Assembly (NCBI GenBank): GCA_029856145.1
Contig: JAHQWK010000001.1
Location: 384,001-448,000, forward strand
Reading direction: 5' to 3'
Source: Promethearchaeia archaeon
Lineage (GTDB): Archaea; Asgardarchaeota; Lokiarchaeia; Sigyniarchaeales; SOKP01
Length of the DNA stretch: 64,000 nt
A program made the position numbers and the translations under genes. Under the pieces are notes generated by a model, which was not told the DNA's origin, did no database searches, and saw nothing but the letters and a program-made list of their open reading frames with translations. Below are positions 61,168 to 64,000 of the stretch, one piece after another; within the stretch, counting starts at the first letter, position 1; each line of letters starts with the position of its first letter.

Positions 61168-63141
61168 GTGGATGCCGACAAAAATAATAATATTTTAGAA
61201 AAGCAACTAAAAACTTTAGGTCAGAAGGTTAGGATTGATATTCTAAAAAAGTTAAAAAACACCCTAACTCCTTTATCATTTTCAAGGCTACAAAAGGAGG
61301 TTTTAATAAATGATCTTTCATCTGTGAATTTGTCTTTTCATTTAAACACATTAAAAAAAAGTGAATTAGTATATTCTTCTGATGAGGGTTATTCAATTAC
61401 ATATTTAGGGGAGCAGATTATAGATAAAATTTTATCTATTGAACAAATTCTAAACAAGCAAAATCAATCAAGAATGATCCGAACTTCAAAATATTCAAAG
61501 GAACTTTTTGACGCTAGTAAAATTGAGGAATACTTAGTTACTGAGGGTGAATTGGAGCGTTTTTTAGCTAGACAAATTGCTCGTGAAGTAGAAGAACGTC
61601 TTTCTAAAACTAATATAGAATATATGACTGCTCCTTTAATGCGAGAATATATTAATGCAATTTTATTAGAAAATGGTTTAGAAGAAGTAAGACATAAATT
61701 AACTCGATTAGGAACTCCTCCTTTTGAAGTATCTAAATTGTTTGAATCCAATAATGATCGGATAAACCCTGAAATATTTATTGAAAAATTAGGTTCTGAC
61801 GTTTCTGAGCAATTTCTACTTCTAAATCTTATACCTAAAAATTTAGCTGATTTATATTTATCTGGGGAAATTGCTCTTTTACATTTAAATTACTGGGCTT
61901 TAAGGCCTTTAAGTCTCTATATAAATACAAAAACAATAATGGATTATCTTTTCAAGAAACACAGCAATCTTAAACATAATATAGAGAAAGATATAAATCA
62001 TTCAGAACTGATTATTCAATTCTTAGATCTTTTATATGTTCTAAGACAATTTTATTCTGAAGATTTACTTTTAGGAAATTTTAACAATCAATTCCTTTCT
62101 TCATTTTCGTTGCCGAAAGCAATTTCCTCTGACTTCCCTTTATTTACTTCTCAAATTCTTAGATATAATAATTTTTTTAACAAGACAAAACCTTCTTTAA
62201 CACTTGAATTTAATTATAATGGGAGATCTTCAAATCAGAGCCTTATCGATGAAGCTTTTCTTAATTCATTAGATACAAGATGTGGAGAGCTTGTTAAACC
62301 TTTATTATTATTTGAATATTCAACGTTTTTTCCGTTAGGGCCAAAAAATAATATTATATATAATCTATTAGTTAATAATTTGAAAAATAATGTTATTCTC
62401 TACAATAAAACTTATTCAAATTTAATTAATTCAACTATAATTCAGATACCAAACCCTCAAAAAAATCAAGTCATATTAGATAAGATTTTAGTTAATTTAC
62501 CTATGATTTCAGTTGAAGCAAAGCAAAATGACGAAAAGTTTTTGGAATTATTATATGACAAATTAAGTTCCGTTTTTGAATTGTTTGATTATAAAGAGAA
62601 ATTAGTGCAGAAGAAATTAGATTCACTTAAGGAATGGAATTCCATTATATCAAATATTTTCAACAATAATAAAAAGACTATATTCAAAAATGCTCTAAAA
62701 TCAATTAGTTTTTTCGGTTTTAATGAAGCTGTTTTAAATCACTGTGGAATTGAACTTGATAGAACAGAAAATAGTGAATCTTTTGCTTTAAAAATACTAT
62801 CTTTAATGAAAAAGACTATAGAAGAAAAAAACAACACAAATGGCAACAACTTTGTTTTAAGCCAACCTCATTATGATTCTTATTTGCAAGACTCTTGGCA
62901 TAACGGTATAACACAATCCAACCAAAAGATAAAGGGTTATTCCTCAAGTTTGATAAGAGATGAGTCAAATCTTTCCCTTAATAAAAAAATCGCATTATTT
63001 AAAAAATTTCAAAAAATTATAGATAAAGGGACTTTATTTACAGTAAAAATAAACAAAGAAGAAATTAAATTACAAAAGTTTCTAAAAACTATAATTGAAT
63101 CCAAAATAGGTGCGATCTCCTTAAGAGATTGCATACCCTAA
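61168..63141 (+). CDS. wHTH + ATP-cone + degenerate class III ribonucleotide reductase (NrdD)-like fusion
   Basis: ArsR-like N-terminus; IRTS....E.FD.SKI...TAPLMRE ATP cone; TRLGTP, SGEI, GFNEAV NrdD remnants; no RxxGY loop. Confidence 0.8.
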   Translation: MDADKNNNILEKQLKTLGQKVRIDILKKLKNTLTPLSFSRLQKEVLINDLSSVNLSFHLNTLKKSELVYSSDEGYSITYLGEQIIDKILSIEQILNKQNQSRMIRTSKYSKELFDASKIEEYLVTEGELERFLARQIAREVEERLSKTNIEYMTAPLMREYINAILLENGLEEVRHKLTRLGTPPFEVSKLFESNNDRINPEIFIEKLGSDVSEQFLLLNLIPKNLADLYLSGEIALLHLNYWALRPLSLYINTKTIMDYLFKKHSNLKHNIEKDINHSELIIQFLDLLYVLRQFYSEDLLLGNFNNQFLSSFSLPKAISSDFPLFTSQILRYNNFFNKTKPSLTLEFNYNGRSSNQSLIDEAFLNSLDTRCGELVKPLLLFEYSTFFPLGPKNNIIYNLLVNNLKNNVILYNKTYSNLINSTIIQIPNPQKNQVILDKILVNLPMISVEAKQNDEKFLELLYDKLSSVFELFDYKEKLVQKKLDSLKEWNSIISNIFNNNKKTIFKNALKSISFFGFNEAVLNHCGIELDRTENSESFALKILSLMKKTIEEKNNTNGNNFVLSQPHYDSYLQDSWHNGITQSNQKIKGYSSSLIRDESNLSLNKKIALFKKFQKIIDKGTLFTVKINKEEIKLQKFLKTIIESKIGAISLRDCIP

Positions 63142-63178
63142 TAAATGGAAGTGAAAAGAAAAGGGTTTCTTTGAAAAA

Positions 63179-64000
63179 TTATTTAGTCATCAATTCAGCT
63201 AAGAGCGCTTTCCTCATTGGGATTCCATAATAAGTTTGCCTAAAGTAAATTGCTTTTTCTGAACTATCAACATCAGGAGAAATTTCTGTAATTCTTGGAA
63301 GCGGATGTAATAATCTAAAGTTATCTTTTGTATCCTTAAGATCCTCTTGTCGAAATACGTAAAATCCTTTAATTCTTTCATATTCTTCCAAATCAACAAA
63401 TCTTTCCTTTTGGATTCGTGTCATATAAAGAACATCTAAAATATTTAGTATTTTCCTATAATCCTTAATTTCTTTATATTTAACCTGTCGTTGTTGTAGA
63501 AAATCTTTGTCCCGATTTCTCATTCTCAATTCCTTAGGACTTATGAAATAAATATTCATATCGAAATTTGATAAAAGAATTGAAAGGGAATGAACTGTCC
63601 TTCCATACTTAAGATCTCCCATCAGACCTATATTCAATCCATCTAATGAACCAATTTCCTCAGTAATTGTTAACAGATCTAATAAAGCTTGAGTTGGATG
63701 TTCTCCGCTTCCAGAACCAGCATTAATTATCGGAACCTTAGAAAATTTTGATGCCATTCGAGCAGCTCCTTCAAGTGAATGCCTCATAACTATGCAATCA
63801 CTATAGTTTTCAACAGTTCTTATTGTGTCTGCAATGCTTTCTCCTTTTTTTATAGAAGAAACATCTCCAGAATGAAATCCAATTACATTCCCTCCTAATC
63901 TATACATAGCAGATTCAAAACTAAGACGAGTACGAGTAGATGGTTCAAAAAATAATGTAGCTAAGATTTTTCCTTGAAGAAGATTTGAATTCTTGATTTC
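63179..64000 (-). CDS. pyrB: Aspartate carbamoyltransferase catalytic subunit, 5'-truncated by window edge
   Basis: FFEPSTRTRLSFE (upstream of the called ATG), HPTQALLD, GDLKYGRTVHSL, HPLPR. Confidence 0.97.
   Translation of the reverse strand, partial: EIKNSNLLQGKILATLFFEPSTRTRLSFESAMYRLGGNVIGFHSGDVSSIKKGESIADTIRTVENYSDCIVMRHSLEGAARMASKFSKVPIINAGSGSGEHPTQALLDLLTITEEIGSLDGLNIGLMGDLKYGRTVHSLSILLSNFDMNIYFISPKELRMRNRDKDFLQQRQVKYKEIKDYRKILNILDVLYMTRIQKERFVDLEEYERIKGFYVFRQEDLKDTKDNFRLLHPLPRITEISPDVDSSEKAIYFRQTYYGIPMRKALLAELMTK

Noticed and set aside
1035-63399. Many 60-150 aa ORFs antisense to or nested in long genes (e.g. 1035..1451, 25227..25679, 31769..32125, 59256..59555)
   Set aside because: Shadow ORFs overlapping well-supported genes, with no motifs

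Overview
AT-rich archaeal chromosomal window, almost certainly from an Asgard archaeon (Lokiarchaeia-like). The assignment rests on three Rab-like small GTPases, an ESCRT-III/Snf7 protein, a roadblock-domain protein, a presenilin-like protease, an HMf-type histone, a Loki-CTERM-like sorting motif and a eukaryote-type SECIS. It carries housekeeping clusters (pus10-rpl21e-rpoF-DUF655-rsmA-hemK; rpoA1-rpoA2-rpl30e-nusA-rps12-rps7), glycine cleavage gcvT-H-PA-PB, mch, an FrhB-like protein, glycogen enzymes and peptidases. I saw no rRNA, tRNA, CRISPR array or mobile element. Main observations beyond the ORF track: (1) a UGA-recoded UxxC peroxiredoxin-like selenoprotein with a 3' SECIS, plus a second orphan SECIS-like hairpin upstream of the FrhB-like gene; (2) AUA initiation behind a GGTG Shine-Dalgarno in rpl21e, XPD and probably rps12; (3) a wHTH + ATP-cone + degenerate class III RNR fusion, a candidate dNTP-sensing regulator; (4) a Zn-finger/PH/Pro-rich/steadiness-box-like protein near the Snf7 gene; (5) a PIP-box-tagged nucleoside/nucleotide kinase; (6) four unannotated microproteins; (7) a 1.3 kb intergenic region with a repeated nonamer.
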